This document shows, piece after piece, positions 47,625-57,799 of a stretch of 64,000 bases of DNA; positions within the stretch are counted from its first letter, which is position 1, and each line of letters starts with the position of its first letter. Source of the DNA: a virus; the IMG/VR virus record IMGVR_UViG_3300021185_002518, positions 5,749 through 69,748 of that record. One strand, given 5' to 3'. Position numbers and translations under genes: made by a program. Below the pieces are notes generated by a model, which ran no database searches, was not told the DNA's origin, and worked only from the letters and a program-made list of their open reading frames with translations.

Positions 47625-49847
47625 ATGAAAAATCTAATTTTAATTTTATTTCTACCGTTAGGTTTACTCGCACAAGACTCTTGGGTTAGGTTTCAAGTTC
47701 AGTTTGATTTCTATGCACCTACAGAGTCTAACTTCTTTATGGTTTCAGACGCTTCTGGTGATACTTCTATGTTTTACCAGCCCACAATTCAATATGAATA
47801 CTTAGACACTATTATAAACGTGTTTAGCGGAGATTATACTATATCGTTAAATGACTCGTATGGTGATGGTTGGACATCTACAAATCCCGCTAGCTTTCGC
47901 ATGGGTAACGCTTGTCAAGGGCCAATATTACACTGGGATCCAGTTGTAGGTTCTTTTTTTCAAAGAGACAGTACGGTTACAATATTACCCTGCCCACCTC
48001 CAGGTCCACCACCTGTTTGTGTGCAAACTGTAGTATTAATAAATCTAGATCAATACCCAGAAGAAACTTCTTGGGACATAAAAGACTCATTAGGAAACGT
48101 ACTTCTGTCAGGAGGCGTTTATTCTAATGTTCCTGACTACCAACCACAAGTAATAATTAATTGTTTACCTGTAGGCGAGTTATCGTTCACTATATATGAT
48201 TTATATGGTGATGGGCTTGAAGGTAGTTTATGGGGAGGACAAGATGGTTCATATTACGTAATACAGTGTGGCGATACCTTAGTATACGGAGATGATCCTA
48301 GCTTTGGGCAAGATTCCACTCATGTATTTATATCTGATACCTGTGTTCCACCTCCTCCAGTTTTAGGCTGTATGGACGACGACTACGTAGAATACGACCC
48401 ATCAGCCACTGTAAGTGATAGTAGCTGTGCTACTTTAAAAATATATGGTTGTACAGATGACACAATGTTCAACTACAATCCCATCGCAAATACAATGGAG
48501 AACATCGACCAGTGTTCTTACGATCTAATACTGCATGACCTCGTAGGAAATGGTTGGGTTGGAACTAGACTAGAAATATATCAAGATGGAGATACCTCTA
48601 TCTTTAATATGACTGGTGGTTTTAATCAAGCTTTCACCTTGGATTTGTATGCACCAGCTCAAGTTGGTGCTAAACTATTTGTTAGTCAACAAGCACAGTC
48701 AACTTCTATCGAATGTGGTTTTACTTTAATAGGACCAGAGGGTGATACCGCTATAAGTATATCGCCTCCATTTATAGTTCCATTTGTTTTGTACGAAGGT
48801 TTTACTTATTGTGGAAATATTTGTGAAGAAAAAATATATGGTTGTATGGACTCAACCGCGTACAACTACTCAGACACAGCTAATACAGCTGATTTTTGCT
48901 ACTGGTTCCCAGGTTGTGCTTCACCTGCTTATGTAGAGTATCATAACGATACAACTAATGGATATACAACTGATTTTAATGTTATCGACAGTTGTTTTAA
49001 TTTAGCAACTTTTGGCTGTATGGACTCAACGGCTTATAACTACGATAGCACTGCTAACGTAGATAACGGGGGTTGTTTAGCTTATATATACGGCTGTATG
49101 GACGGAACAATGTTTAACTACAATCCACTTGCAACAGCACCTGACACCTGCATACCATTTTTATATGGCTGCACAGACCCTACAATGTTTAACTACGATC
49201 AACTAGCAAATAGTGATAATGGTAGTTGCACACCTTTTGTTTATGGTTGTACTGATAGTACAGCTTTCAATTATAACCCACTAGCTAATGCTGATAACAA
49301 TTCTTGCGTTCCTTTTATATATGGTTGTACGGATCCTAGCGCTCTTAATTATTCCCCACAAGCTAACACGGAGGATTTTAGTTGTGTTGCTTATATTTAT
49401 GGGTGTATGGATAGTTTGGCTCTTAATTACGATTCATTGGCTAACACGGATAACGGTTCGTGTATTTCTATCATTGTGGGTTGCATGGATCAAACAGCGT
49501 ATAACTATAATGGAAATGCTAATGTTGACGATCCTTTATCTTGTCTTTACAGTGCAGGTTGTGCTACTGGTGATAGCATACCTTACTGGCTTAACGATCC
49601 ATGTTACGCCTGGGTAATAGATATAGACGAATACTGTTGTGAAAATGAGTGGGACACAATATGTCAAGCTACCTATAGCTACTGTGAAGGTACTTGGTCT
49701 GGCCCACTGTTAACTAGAGGGCAAGCTGAGAAAAAATTAGTTGCTGTAACTGATCTTCTTGGTAGGGAAACAAAAATAATAAAAAACAAGCTTCTATTAT
49801 TTATATACAGCGATGGAAGCGTAATAAAACAATTAATAAAAAAATAA
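47625..49847 (+). CDS. secreted Cys-rich repeat protein with T9SS-type C-terminal domain
   Basis: Signal peptide; D.YGDG motifs; ten GC[MT]D..A.NY repeats; TDLLGR...IYSDGSVIKQLIKK tail. Confidence 0.75.
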   Translation: MKNLILILFLPLGLLAQDSWVRFQVQFDFYAPTESNFFMVSDASGDTSMFYQPTIQYEYLDTIINVFSGDYTISLNDSYGDGWTSTNPASFRMGNACQGPILHWDPVVGSFFQRDSTVTILPCPPPGPPPVCVQTVVLINLDQYPEETSWDIKDSLGNVLLSGGVYSNVPDYQPQVIINCLPVGELSFTIYDLYGDGLEGSLWGGQDGSYYVIQCGDTLVYGDDPSFGQDSTHVFISDTCVPPPPVLGCMDDDYVEYDPSATVSDSSCATLKIYGCTDDTMFNYNPIANTMENIDQCSYDLILHDLVGNGWVGTRLEIYQDGDTSIFNMTGGFNQAFTLDLYAPAQVGAKLFVSQQAQSTSIECGFTLIGPEGDTAISISPPFIVPFVLYEGFTYCGNICEEKIYGCMDSTAYNYSDTANTADFCYWFPGCASPAYVEYHNDTTNGYTTDFNVIDSCFNLATFGCMDSTAYNYDSTANVDNGGCLAYIYGCMDGTMFNYNPLATAPDTCIPFLYGCTDPTMFNYDQLANSDNGSCTPFVYGCTDSTAFNYNPLANADNNSCVPFIYGCTDPSALNYSPQANTEDFSCVAYIYGCMDSLALNYDSLANTDNGSCISIIVGCMDQTAYNYNGNANVDDPLSCLYSAGCATGDSIPYWLNDPCYAWVIDIDEYCCENEWDTICQATYSYCEGTWSGPLLTRGQAEKKLVAVTDLLGRETKIIKNKLLLFIYSDGSVIKQLIKK

Positions 49848-49848
49848 T

Positions 49849-50253
49849 ATGGCAACAACAACGGCAACTATAACGCTGAGCAGTACAGACTTATTGTCTG
49901 ACGAATTATCGCTAGCTACAACTTGTACTTTGACAGGTGCTGATAACTCTACTGGAGTAATAGGTACTAGTGGTTTAGCTAGAAAAACAACGGCAAATAC
50001 AGATGAATACACTTTGTTTGCAGCGGCTGATTACACAGACGACAAAGCTCATAAGGTATATTTAAAGAATACTTCAACTACAGCAACTCAATACTTTGAA
50101 ATTCAAGTTGCAGGCACTGTTGTTGGTAGAATATGGGCTGGTGACTGGGCTTTTATACCTTGGTCAGCAGATTCAACAGGTACAAACTGTGATATAGACA
50201 TAACTCCACAAGCGGCAAATATGACGTTGGAGTATATGCTTTTTGAAGATTAA
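49849..50253 (+). CDS. virion protein paralog 1 (MATTTA family)
   Basis: KVYLKN...AGDWAFIPW shared with the next two genes. Confidence 0.7.
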   Translation: MATTTATITLSSTDLLSDELSLATTCTLTGADNSTGVIGTSGLARKTTANTDEYTLFAAADYTDDKAHKVYLKNTSTTATQYFEIQVAGTVVGRIWAGDWAFIPWSADSTGTNCDIDITPQAANMTLEYMLFED

Positions 50254-50276
50254 TAATAACTAAACAATAAATAAAA

Positions 50277-50696
50277 ATGGCAACAACAACAGCAGCGGTA
50301 ACGCTAACTAGTGATCTACTGTCAGATAATATGTCCGTAACTACATCAACAACATGTATGAAAGCGGGTACTACTGCTGACGGTTTAGATCAAATGGATA
50401 TGGGGCACATTGAACTAGCTTCAGGTGCTCAAAAACAATTTATAGACGCTACAGCTTTAAGCGTGGGTAAAGGAAATAAAGTTTATATATGTAATGATTC
50501 TACTGACGAAACTTACTACATTTCAATAATGATAGATGGTATGTTAATAGGTCACTTATATGCAGGCGATTGGATGTTTCTTCCTTGGGACGCAAATGAT
50601 GCAGCGGCAGATATAGAAGTAGAAGCATTCAACGGTACAAATAAAATTGGATACGCTGTATTTCATGAAGGTAGAACTTTACTTGCAGTAGATTAA
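50277..50696 (+). CDS. virion protein paralog 2
   Basis: KVYICN...LYAGDWMFLPW. Confidence 0.7.
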   Translation: MATTTAAVTLTSDLLSDNMSVTTSTTCMKAGTTADGLDQMDMGHIELASGAQKQFIDATALSVGKGNKVYICNDSTDETYYISIMIDGMLIGHLYAGDWMFLPWDANDAAADIEVEAFNGTNKIGYAVFHEGRTLLAVD

Positions 50697-50720
50697 TAAT
50701 AATATAAAAAAAATAATAAT

Positions 50721-51176
50721 ATGGCAACAACAGCAACAATAAGTATAGCTTCAGATATTTACCCAGCATTTGGAGGTATATCAAAGTCTATGACTTTAAC
50801 CAAAGCAGGAACAACAAACGATATAGAAGAAACTACAGGTTTTTCAAGAAGAAAGTTTACAGCTACAACTGCAAAAGATTTAATAGTTATGGCAGATCTT
50901 CAAGTTGAAACAGGTGATAGTAAAGCGGCAAAGCTATTTGTTAAAAACATAGGAGATGGTAAAGGAAACGTTGATAAGTCAGTAGCAGTATCTATTGGTT
51001 TAGGTACAGTAGGTAGTGCTGGAACAACAGCTTCTTACCAAGAAATTTCTAAATTATACGGTGGTGATTGGATGATGATACCTCTTACAGGTATCGATAC
51101 AACTGGTGATGTTCAAGTAGTACCAGCAACTGACGATACTGTAGTTTTAGAATATGTAATGTTCTTCGAGCAGTAA
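50721..51176 (+). CDS. virion protein paralog 3
   Basis: KLFVKN...LYGGDWMMIP...LEYVMFFE. Confidence 0.7.
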   Translation: MATTATISIASDIYPAFGGISKSMTLTKAGTTNDIEETTGFSRRKFTATTAKDLIVMADLQVETGDSKAAKLFVKNIGDGKGNVDKSVAVSIGLGTVGSAGTTASYQEISKLYGGDWMMIPLTGIDTTGDVQVVPATDDTVVLEYVMFFEQ

Positions 51177-51177
51177 A

Positions 51178-51504
51178 ATGGCGTTTGTTCCTTATCATAA
51201 TATAATTGGTAGCAACGGAGTAACTACAACGCTTATTGAGCAGGGTAGTAGGTCTGGTGGTATAAAATCTATTTTGATAACCAACGTTCACGCTTCTGCA
51301 GATGCAGCAGTAACTTTGTTTTTACAGAGCAACCCAACATCAGGGGAACCACAAAGTTTTAATATACTTTCATCGGTAGCAATACCTGTGAATGTTTCTT
51401 TGTTATTAGACAACGAGTCTATGGTTTCTTTTAACAATAGCAAATACGGTTTATATATTACGGTTAGCCCTAGTGATACAGTAGATGTTTTAATAAGCAA
51501 ATAA
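51178..51504 (+). CDS. putative virion structural protein
   Basis: IKSILITN...VTL beta-sandwich pattern. Confidence 0.6.
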   Translation: MAFVPYHNIIGSNGVTTTLIEQGSRSGGIKSILITNVHASADAAVTLFLQSNPTSGEPQSFNILSSVAIPVNVSLLLDNESMVSFNNSKYGLYITVSPSDTVDVLISK

Positions 51505-51505
51505 A

Positions 51506-51961
51506 ATGATAAGTAACCATATAAGTAGTAAAGAAGGAGTGTATAGCAGAACTGCAACAAGGTTGAATATAGATAATACTCCTACAGATGAACATGAGAG
51601 AAACATGGTTTTAGTGGCAGAAGAAATATTTGAACCACTTAGAACCTATGTTGGTGGGCCAATAAAAATTAATAGTTTTTATAGATCACCTGAGCTCAAT
51701 AAAGCTATAGGCGGAAGCTCTAAATCACAACACTGCAAAGGTCAAGCTATAGACATAGATGATACATTTGGTAAAATGAGCAATGCTGAAATGTATGAGT
51801 TTATAAAAGAGAATTTAGACTTTGATCAAATGATATGGGAATTTGGAAATGACAAAAATCCTGATTGGGTACATGTAAGTTATGTGTCACCTGAAAAAAA
51901 TAGAAACAGATGTTTAAAGGCGTACAAAGAAAAAGGAAAGACTAACTATCAAATAATATAA
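51506..51961 (+). CDS. peptidase M15-family endolysin
   Basis: INSFYRS..LN, SQHCKGQAID, WVHVSY. Confidence 0.88.
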   Translation: MISNHISSKEGVYSRTATRLNIDNTPTDEHERNMVLVAEEIFEPLRTYVGGPIKINSFYRSPELNKAIGGSSKSQHCKGQAIDIDDTFGKMSNAEMYEFIKENLDFDQMIWEFGNDKNPDWVHVSYVSPEKNRNRCLKAYKEKGKTNYQII

Positions 51962-51964
51962 TAA

Positions 51965-52213
51965 ATGGCGAAATATATAGGGCAACCAACAACACCTGTA
52001 AATAATGTTTACACTACTGATGCAAATTTTATACACACGCAAGGTACGCCGGCCTCACAGTGGGTTATTAACCATAACTTGGCTAAAAAATGCTCTGTTA
52101 CTGTAGTTGACTCTGCAAACGAGGTAGTTGTAGGGCAGATAACATATAATAGTGTAAATCAAGTTACACTAGACTTTGAGGGTTCTTTTTCAGGAAAAGC
52201 ATTCTTTAATTAA
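51965..52213 (+). CDS. small tail-fibre-associated protein
   Basis: WVINHNL...VTVVDS...F...FSGKA; similar to the C-terminus of the next gene. Confidence 0.65.
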   Translation: MAKYIGQPTTPVNNVYTTDANFIHTQGTPASQWVINHNLAKKCSVTVVDSANEVVVGQITYNSVNQVTLDFEGSFSGKAFFN

Positions 52214-52248
52214 AATAAAACAAAAAAATAACATAAAACAAAAATAAA

Positions 52249-54723
52249 ATGGCAGATGTAAAATTTCTAGCTAATATTGATCTGAATGACAATCAGCTCT
52301 TAAATATGAAGCTACAGCACTTAAGTTCTGATCCTACTGGTGTTGAAGGACAATTATTTTATCATAGCGGTAGTAACGTGGTGAAATTCTATGACGGGTC
52401 AAACTGGATTTCTCTTTCGTCAGCTACTGGTGATATATCAGGAGTAACAGCTGGTGATGGTTTAACTGGTGGTGGTAGTTCAGGTGGTGTAACACTAAAT
52501 GTTGTTGGTGGTACTGGTATAACTGCCAATGCTAATGACATCGCAATTGATTCAACTGTTGTAACAAAAACAGGAACTCAAACGTTAACTAACAAAACTA
52601 TTGCGGCATCACAGGTAACTGAAATATCTAATTTAACTGCTGGAGAAGGTGCACAGCTTGAAAACATCGGTAGTACAACTATATCAGCAGCGCAATGGGG
52701 TTATCTCGGCGCAGCAACAGGCGCTATAACTAACACTGACACTAACACTGTTGATATGGGTGATGGATTTGTTATAGAGGATGGTGATGGTACGGAAGTA
52801 ATAATTACTGAAAACAAAGAAGTTAAATTTGTTGAAGGTGGAGGTATTGATATTAATTGGACAGACGTAGACAGTGGAGCTGATGGTGATCCTTACGATT
52901 TAACATTTACAGTTCAAACTCTTAATCAAGACACAACTGGTTCAGCCGCAACGTTAACAACCGCTAGAACAATTGGTGGTGTGTCTTTCAACGGTAGTGC
53001 CAACATTAACTTGCCAGGTGTAAATACTGCTGGTAATCAAAACACTAGTGGATCCGCGGCTACGCTTACAACAGCTAGAAATATTGGAGGTGTATCATTT
53101 GACGGTAGCGCAAACATAGATTTACCCGGCGTTAACAGTGCTGGTAACCAAGCAACTTCTGGAAATGCTGCAACAGCTACAAAAATAGCAAGTATAACGA
53201 ACAGTAACATTGTACAGTTAACAGCTTCACAAACGTTAACTAACAAAACAATAGCTGCTTCTCAAGTTACAGAGATTTCTAATATTACAGCGGCTGAAGG
53301 TGCTCAATTAGAAAACATTGGTTCAACTACAATATCTGCTACACAATGGGGATATTTAGGAGCTGCTTCTGGGGCTATTACAAACACTGATGTATCTGTA
53401 AGTGCTGCAAACTTAAAAACAACTTTAGGTGGTGTATTTGGTAGTAGTGCTCTTGCTATTGGTACTTCTGCTGAAACCGTAACTGTTAAAGGTGATTTTG
53501 TTGTTGATGGTAGTATAACATTAAAAGGTGATACTGTTTTAGAATCGACTACAAATACAGCCATAAAAGATAAGATCTTACTATTAAACCAAGGTGCTTC
53601 TGGTGCAAACACTAATGACTTAGCTGTATTATGGTCAAGAGGTTCTGGAACAACAAATGGTGAAGCTAATGTAGCTTTAAAATGGGACGAAGGCGACTTA
53701 GAGTTTCATTTAATATGTACTACTGCAACTGGTGCTGAGGCAAATGGAGCTATCGATCCTGCTGGAAGTGGAGAAGATAGTGCTGGAGCTGAAGGTTTCC
53801 AAAGTATAAGAGTAGCTAAGGTTACTGCAACTGGTTTAGGAATGGACGGTAATACTATTAGTGGTATTGATGACTCAGGTGAGTTTACTGATAACGATGC
53901 TCACCTTATGACATCTGCTGCGATTAATGATAGATTTGCTCAGATCAACGCTAATACAACAGGTTCATCTGGCTCATGTACTGGTCTTGCTGCAACAGCA
54001 ACTGCATTAGCGACAGCAAGAACAATTGGTGGTGTAAGTTTCGATGGTACTGCAAATATAAATTTACCTGGTGTAAACTCTGCTGGTAACCAGAACACAT
54101 CGGGCTCTGCTGCTACTTTAACTACTGCGCGCACAATAGGTGGCGTTAGTTTTAATGGTAGTGCTAATATTAATCTACCTGGTGTTAATAGCGCAGGTAA
54201 TCAAAATACCTCTGGATCTGCAGCTACATTAACTACAGCAAGAACTATAAATGGAGTATCGTTTAATGGTAGTGCAAATATTACAGTAACAGCCGCTGCT
54301 GGTACTCTAAGTGGTGCTACATTAAAATCTAGTGTAACAGCCTCTTCATTAACTTCAGTTGGCACACTTACTGGTGGTAATGCAACAGCGATTGTAAGTG
54401 CTGCATCTACAAGTGCTGCTGGTAAAGTTGAACTTGCTACAACTGCTGAAGCTTTAGCTGGTACTGACACAGCAAGAGCTGTAACTGCCGCAGGTTTAGC
54501 TGCAAGAAGTTATAAAGCTACAATTGGTAATGGATCTGCTACTTCAATAGCTGTAAACCACGCTTTAGGAACGAGAGATGTTGTTGTACAAATGTATGAT
54601 GCAAGTTCTTATGAAACCGTGTATGCACAAGTTGTAAGAACAGATACTGCAAATGTTACAGTAGACTTTAATACTGCTCCTGCGAGTAACGACATTATAG
54701 TTTTAGTAACTAAAATAGATTAA
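52249..54723 (+). CDS. tail fibre protein with internal repeats
   Basis: Five TARTIGGVSFNGSANI repeats; GDISGVTAGDGLTGGG; duplicated QTLTNKT module. Confidence 0.85.
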   Translation: MADVKFLANIDLNDNQLLNMKLQHLSSDPTGVEGQLFYHSGSNVVKFYDGSNWISLSSATGDISGVTAGDGLTGGGSSGGVTLNVVGGTGITANANDIAIDSTVVTKTGTQTLTNKTIAASQVTEISNLTAGEGAQLENIGSTTISAAQWGYLGAATGAITNTDTNTVDMGDGFVIEDGDGTEVIITENKEVKFVEGGGIDINWTDVDSGADGDPYDLTFTVQTLNQDTTGSAATLTTARTIGGVSFNGSANINLPGVNTAGNQNTSGSAATLTTARNIGGVSFDGSANIDLPGVNSAGNQATSGNAATATKIASITNSNIVQLTASQTLTNKTIAASQVTEISNITAAEGAQLENIGSTTISATQWGYLGAASGAITNTDVSVSAANLKTTLGGVFGSSALAIGTSAETVTVKGDFVVDGSITLKGDTVLESTTNTAIKDKILLLNQGASGANTNDLAVLWSRGSGTTNGEANVALKWDEGDLEFHLICTTATGAEANGAIDPAGSGEDSAGAEGFQSIRVAKVTATGLGMDGNTISGIDDSGEFTDNDAHLMTSAAINDRFAQINANTTGSSGSCTGLAATATALATARTIGGVSFDGTANINLPGVNSAGNQNTSGSAATLTTARTIGGVSFNGSANINLPGVNSAGNQNTSGSAATLTTARTINGVSFNGSANITVTAAAGTLSGATLKSSVTASSLTSVGTLTGGNATAIVSAASTSAAGKVELATTAEALAGTDTARAVTAAGLAARSYKATIGNGSATSIAVNHALGTRDVVVQMYDASSYETVYAQVVRTDTANVTVDFNTAPASNDIIVLVTKID

Positions 54724-54748
54724 GTTTAACTAATTAAAATTAAATTAA

Positions 54749-55858
54749 ATGCCGGTAAAATTTTTACATGATGTAGAGTCGTCTGGCGAGGTACAAGGTA
54801 CTTCGCTGGACATAAACGGTAACGCTGATATAAGTGGTAACTTAACAGGTTGTGCCTACCAAGGTGATGTTATTGCATCAGCTTATTTAGACTCAGATAC
54901 AATGCACTTAAGTGTTAGTCAAAATATAACTGGGCACAAAGAGTTTCAAGATAGTATACAATGTAGGTTTGGAAACGATCAAGATCTTAAAATACAGCAT
55001 ACTGGTTCTCATGGTTATATAGATAATGAAACTGGTAATTTTTATATAAGAGCAGAGGCTAATGACTCTCACATATACATTCAAGCTGATAACGGTAGTG
55101 GTGCAAACGCTACTTATATAGATGTAGATGGTGCTTCTGAAAAAGTAACATTTAGCAAGGCAATACACATGCCAGATTATATATACCACGTTGGTGATAC
55201 AAATACTTATTTTGGCTTTAGTGGTGCAGATACTTATAAAGTTTTTACTGGTGGAGCTGAAAGGTTAAAAGTAGATAGTTCTGGTTTAACTACTGGACAA
55301 AACATAACAGCTTCAAATATAATTATAGACGATGATGGCCAAATAGGTTCTGCATCTGACCCTGGCGCTATGGAAATTGCTGATGATGGAACTGTAAGTT
55401 TTAATGGTGGTATTTCAGTAAGCGGTAGTATCAAGTCTACAATAAAAACAAGAGTAGGTGCTATAAGTAGTGGTAACGATGCTGACTACAAAATGGGTGA
55501 TGTAGCTTTTTTTGGCAGTACAACATCTATGGACGCTGGTAAAATATATTATTACAACTCAAGTGGTAATTGGGCTTTAATTGATGCTGACGCCGCTTCT
55601 ACATCTACAGGTATGATTGGTGTTGCTTTAGGTTCAGCTTCAAATACTAATGGTGTTTTGTTAAGAGGTTTTGTTACTTTAGATCATGACCCAGGAAGTG
55701 TAGGTAACACGTTGTTTTTATCAACAACAGCTGGTACCGCAACTGCAACAGCACCTTCAGGTAGTGGTGATATAGTTAGAGTTATAGGTTATTGTTTACA
55801 TGCTAGTAATGGTGCAATATATTTTAATCCAGACGGAGCATTTGTTGAGGTTGCATAA
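54749..55858 (+). CDS. tail fibre/spike-like protein
   Basis: HVGDTNTYFGF, GDIVRVIGY...IYFNPD motifs. Confidence 0.7.
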   Translation: MPVKFLHDVESSGEVQGTSLDINGNADISGNLTGCAYQGDVIASAYLDSDTMHLSVSQNITGHKEFQDSIQCRFGNDQDLKIQHTGSHGYIDNETGNFYIRAEANDSHIYIQADNGSGANATYIDVDGASEKVTFSKAIHMPDYIYHVGDTNTYFGFSGADTYKVFTGGAERLKVDSSGLTTGQNITASNIIIDDDGQIGSASDPGAMEIADDGTVSFNGGISVSGSIKSTIKTRVGAISSGNDADYKMGDVAFFGSTTSMDAGKIYYYNSSGNWALIDADAASTSTGMIGVALGSASNTNGVLLRGFVTLDHDPGSVGNTLFLSTTAGTATATAPSGSGDIVRVIGYCLHASNGAIYFNPDGAFVEVA

Positions 55859-56439
55859 TGAGCTATATAGACGAAACATTAATATTTGAATCTGATAAGA
55901 TTTATTATAAGGCTGCAAATGACAGCATCGACATGGAAGTAATGATGGACTGGGAAGATGCTATTATGAAAAAATCTGCTGATTACGTTTGCAAAAATGG
56001 TGGTGATATATTAGAGATAGGATTTGGTATGGGTATAGCAGCAAACTACATTCAAGCTAACTCTATAAATTCTCACACTATAGTTGAAAATCACCCGCAG
56101 ATAATAGAAAAAGCAAAAGCTTGGGCTAGTGATAAACCTAATGTAACTATTATAGAAAGCGACTGGAATACAGTTAAAGACAAAAGAAGAAAAATTTGTT
56201 TAGCTACTTATGATGGTATATTCTATGATACTTTTGCTGACGACAATATGGATAAGTTTAAAAGCTCTTTAGCTAATTTAGCTAACACAGGTTGTAAGGT
56301 TACGTGGTGGAACAGTGTTAATAGCGAAAACAATTACTACAATATTGACGGTGTTACTTATGAAGCTATTACGGTAAACCCTCCTAGCAATTGCTACTTT
56401 AATCACACTACTTATTACTTACCTAAAAAAGAATTTTAA
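55858..56439 (+). CDS. class I SAM-dependent methyltransferase (Rmt2/GAMT-like)
   Basis: VMMDWE..IM, ILEIGFGMGI, HTIVENHP, YDGIFYDT. Confidence 0.82.
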   Translation: MSYIDETLIFESDKIYYKAANDSIDMEVMMDWEDAIMKKSADYVCKNGGDILEIGFGMGIAANYIQANSINSHTIVENHPQIIEKAKAWASDKPNVTIIESDWNTVKDKRRKICLATYDGIFYDTFADDNMDKFKSSLANLANTGCKVTWWNSVNSENNYYNIDGVTYEAITVNPPSNCYFNHTTYYLPKKEF

Positions 56440-57120
56440 ATGGGTACACTAGCATCAAATAGAAAAGGTTTTATAGTAGGAGCAAGCTCTGGTAGTTATT
56501 CAGCTGCACTTAATGCTACTACTGGTACAGCTTATGATAGCTCAACTAATACTCAAAGCGCAATACAATATTATAAATCAACAGGAAGAGGTGGGGGAAC
56601 ATATAGATTTATAAGAACTTTTATACATTTTAATACTTCTGGTATATCAGGTGGTTCTAGTTTTCAACTTCAACTAACTTCTGCTGGTGCAAACGGTGGG
56701 AACAATTCTAATACAAGAGCAATAAAACATACAGCTGGTAGTAGCAATGGTGGTGAGCTTGCAAATGCTGACTTTAACAACATAGATCGTAGCACAGCAT
56801 ACTCTTCTGACACGAGTTTTTCTACTAGTGGTACTGTAACTTTTACTTTAAACGCTGCAGCTGCTACTCAGATTATAAACAACAATGATTTCAATGTAGC
56901 GTTACTTTTGGCTCATGATGCTGGAGAAGAAGAAGAAGATTTATTAGAAGAAAGTGGTGATGTAACCAACCAAATTAATTTTGCTAGCGCTGTAAACTTA
57001 ACATACACAGATCCTGCTAGTGGATATACTCATAAAGTAAATAGTGTTGCTGCTGCTAGTGTTGGTAAGGTAAATACAGTTGCAGCGGCAAGTATAGGAA
57101 AAATAAACACAGTAGATTAA
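56440..57120 (+). CDS. putative virion/tail-associated protein
   Basis: Ser/Thr/Gly-rich; C-terminal KVN.VAAAS repeats. Confidence 0.6.
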   Translation: MGTLASNRKGFIVGASSGSYSAALNATTGTAYDSSTNTQSAIQYYKSTGRGGGTYRFIRTFIHFNTSGISGGSSFQLQLTSAGANGGNNSNTRAIKHTAGSSNGGELANADFNNIDRSTAYSSDTSFSTSGTVTFTLNAAAATQIINNNDFNVALLLAHDAGEEEEDLLEESGDVTNQINFASAVNLTYTDPASGYTHKVNSVAAASVGKVNTVAAASIGKINTVD

Positions 57121-57180
57121 TTAACAATTTCTTAATGTTGTATGTATAAACTATACGATTTATTTAGTGATAGTAGCACT

Positions 57181-57258
57181 ATGGAAACAAAACAAATAGA
57201 TCTTAGTTGGCTAGTATACCTAGTTATTATGATCACTATCTTTACGGTAGCAATATAA
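57181..57258 (+). CDS. 25-aa single-TM peptide (METKQIDLSWLVYLVIMITIFTVAI)
   Basis: Translated by hand; last plus-strand ORF before the terminator. Confidence 0.4.
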   Translation: METKQIDLSWLVYLVIMITIFTVAI

Positions 57259-57296
57259 AAAAAGGGGACAACTTTCGTTATCCCCTTTATTATTTT
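57257..57296. terminator. bidirectional intrinsic terminator at the convergence of late and replication modules
   Basis: Minus strand AAAGGGGATAAC-GAAA-GTTGTCCCCTTT then T-run; T-rich tail also on plus strand. Confidence 0.85.
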
Positions 57297-57307
57297 CTAA
57301 CAGTTAG

Positions 57308-57502
57308 TTAAAACTCAGAATTTTTCTGATTTTGTACTTCAACTCTTAGTTCTTGTGCCAAGCCTTTAATTGCTTGCATTGCTTTTCTGACTCTCGTGCC
57401 TGCAGAGTTATTACCCTCTACAAACTTAGTCATATCTGACTGAGTGTCATTTACTAGATCTTGTAATTGATCATATATTCCTGCACATTTATTAAAACTC
57501 AT
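57308..57502 (-). CDS. histone H1-like (Hc1-family) small protein
   Basis: KF.EGN.SAGTRVRKAM..IK...Q.LR motif. Confidence 0.75.
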   Translation of the reverse strand: MSFNKCAGIYDQLQDLVNDTQSDMTKFVEGNNSAGTRVRKAMQAIKGLAQELRVEVQNQKNSEF

Positions 57503-57531
57503 AATTTAATTTAATTTAATTGATTTATAAT

Positions 57532-57774
57532 TTATTTTCCTTTAACACAAACATCACACAGAAAGAAGTACATAATAAATATCAATGATAAAAGACCAAC
57601 AAAACCGTTAGCTCCTAATTGATTTACCATGTCCATAAAGTTTGCTATGATATTCATACCAAACACTGATGTTCCCGTTAATAATGTCCATAGAATTGTC
57701 ACTGGTACGATAGCCATCATAACCGCAACTAATCCCGAAAAAAATCCTGTTAAATACTTTATTACTTTATCCAT
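57532..57774 (-). CDS. small membrane protein
   Basis: Two hydrophobic segments. Confidence 0.65.
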   Translation of the reverse strand: MDKVIKYLTGFFSGLVAVMMAIVPVTILWTLLTGTSVFGMNIIANFMDMVNQLGANGFVGLLSLIFIMYFFLCDVCVKGK

Positions 57775-57799
57775 AATTGTTTATTGTTTTAAGTTAATA

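Noticed and set aside
47625-54723. Diversity-generating retroelement acting on repeat proteins
   Set aside because: No reverse transcriptase in the window; repeat differences are mainly synonymous and not adenine-specific.
7348-55434. Numerous short minus-strand ORFs within the late genes (e.g. 7348-7773, 14004-14312, 23969-24355, 53304-53612)
   Set aside because: Antisense shadows of long plus-strand genes with Ser/Phe/Leu-rich translations.
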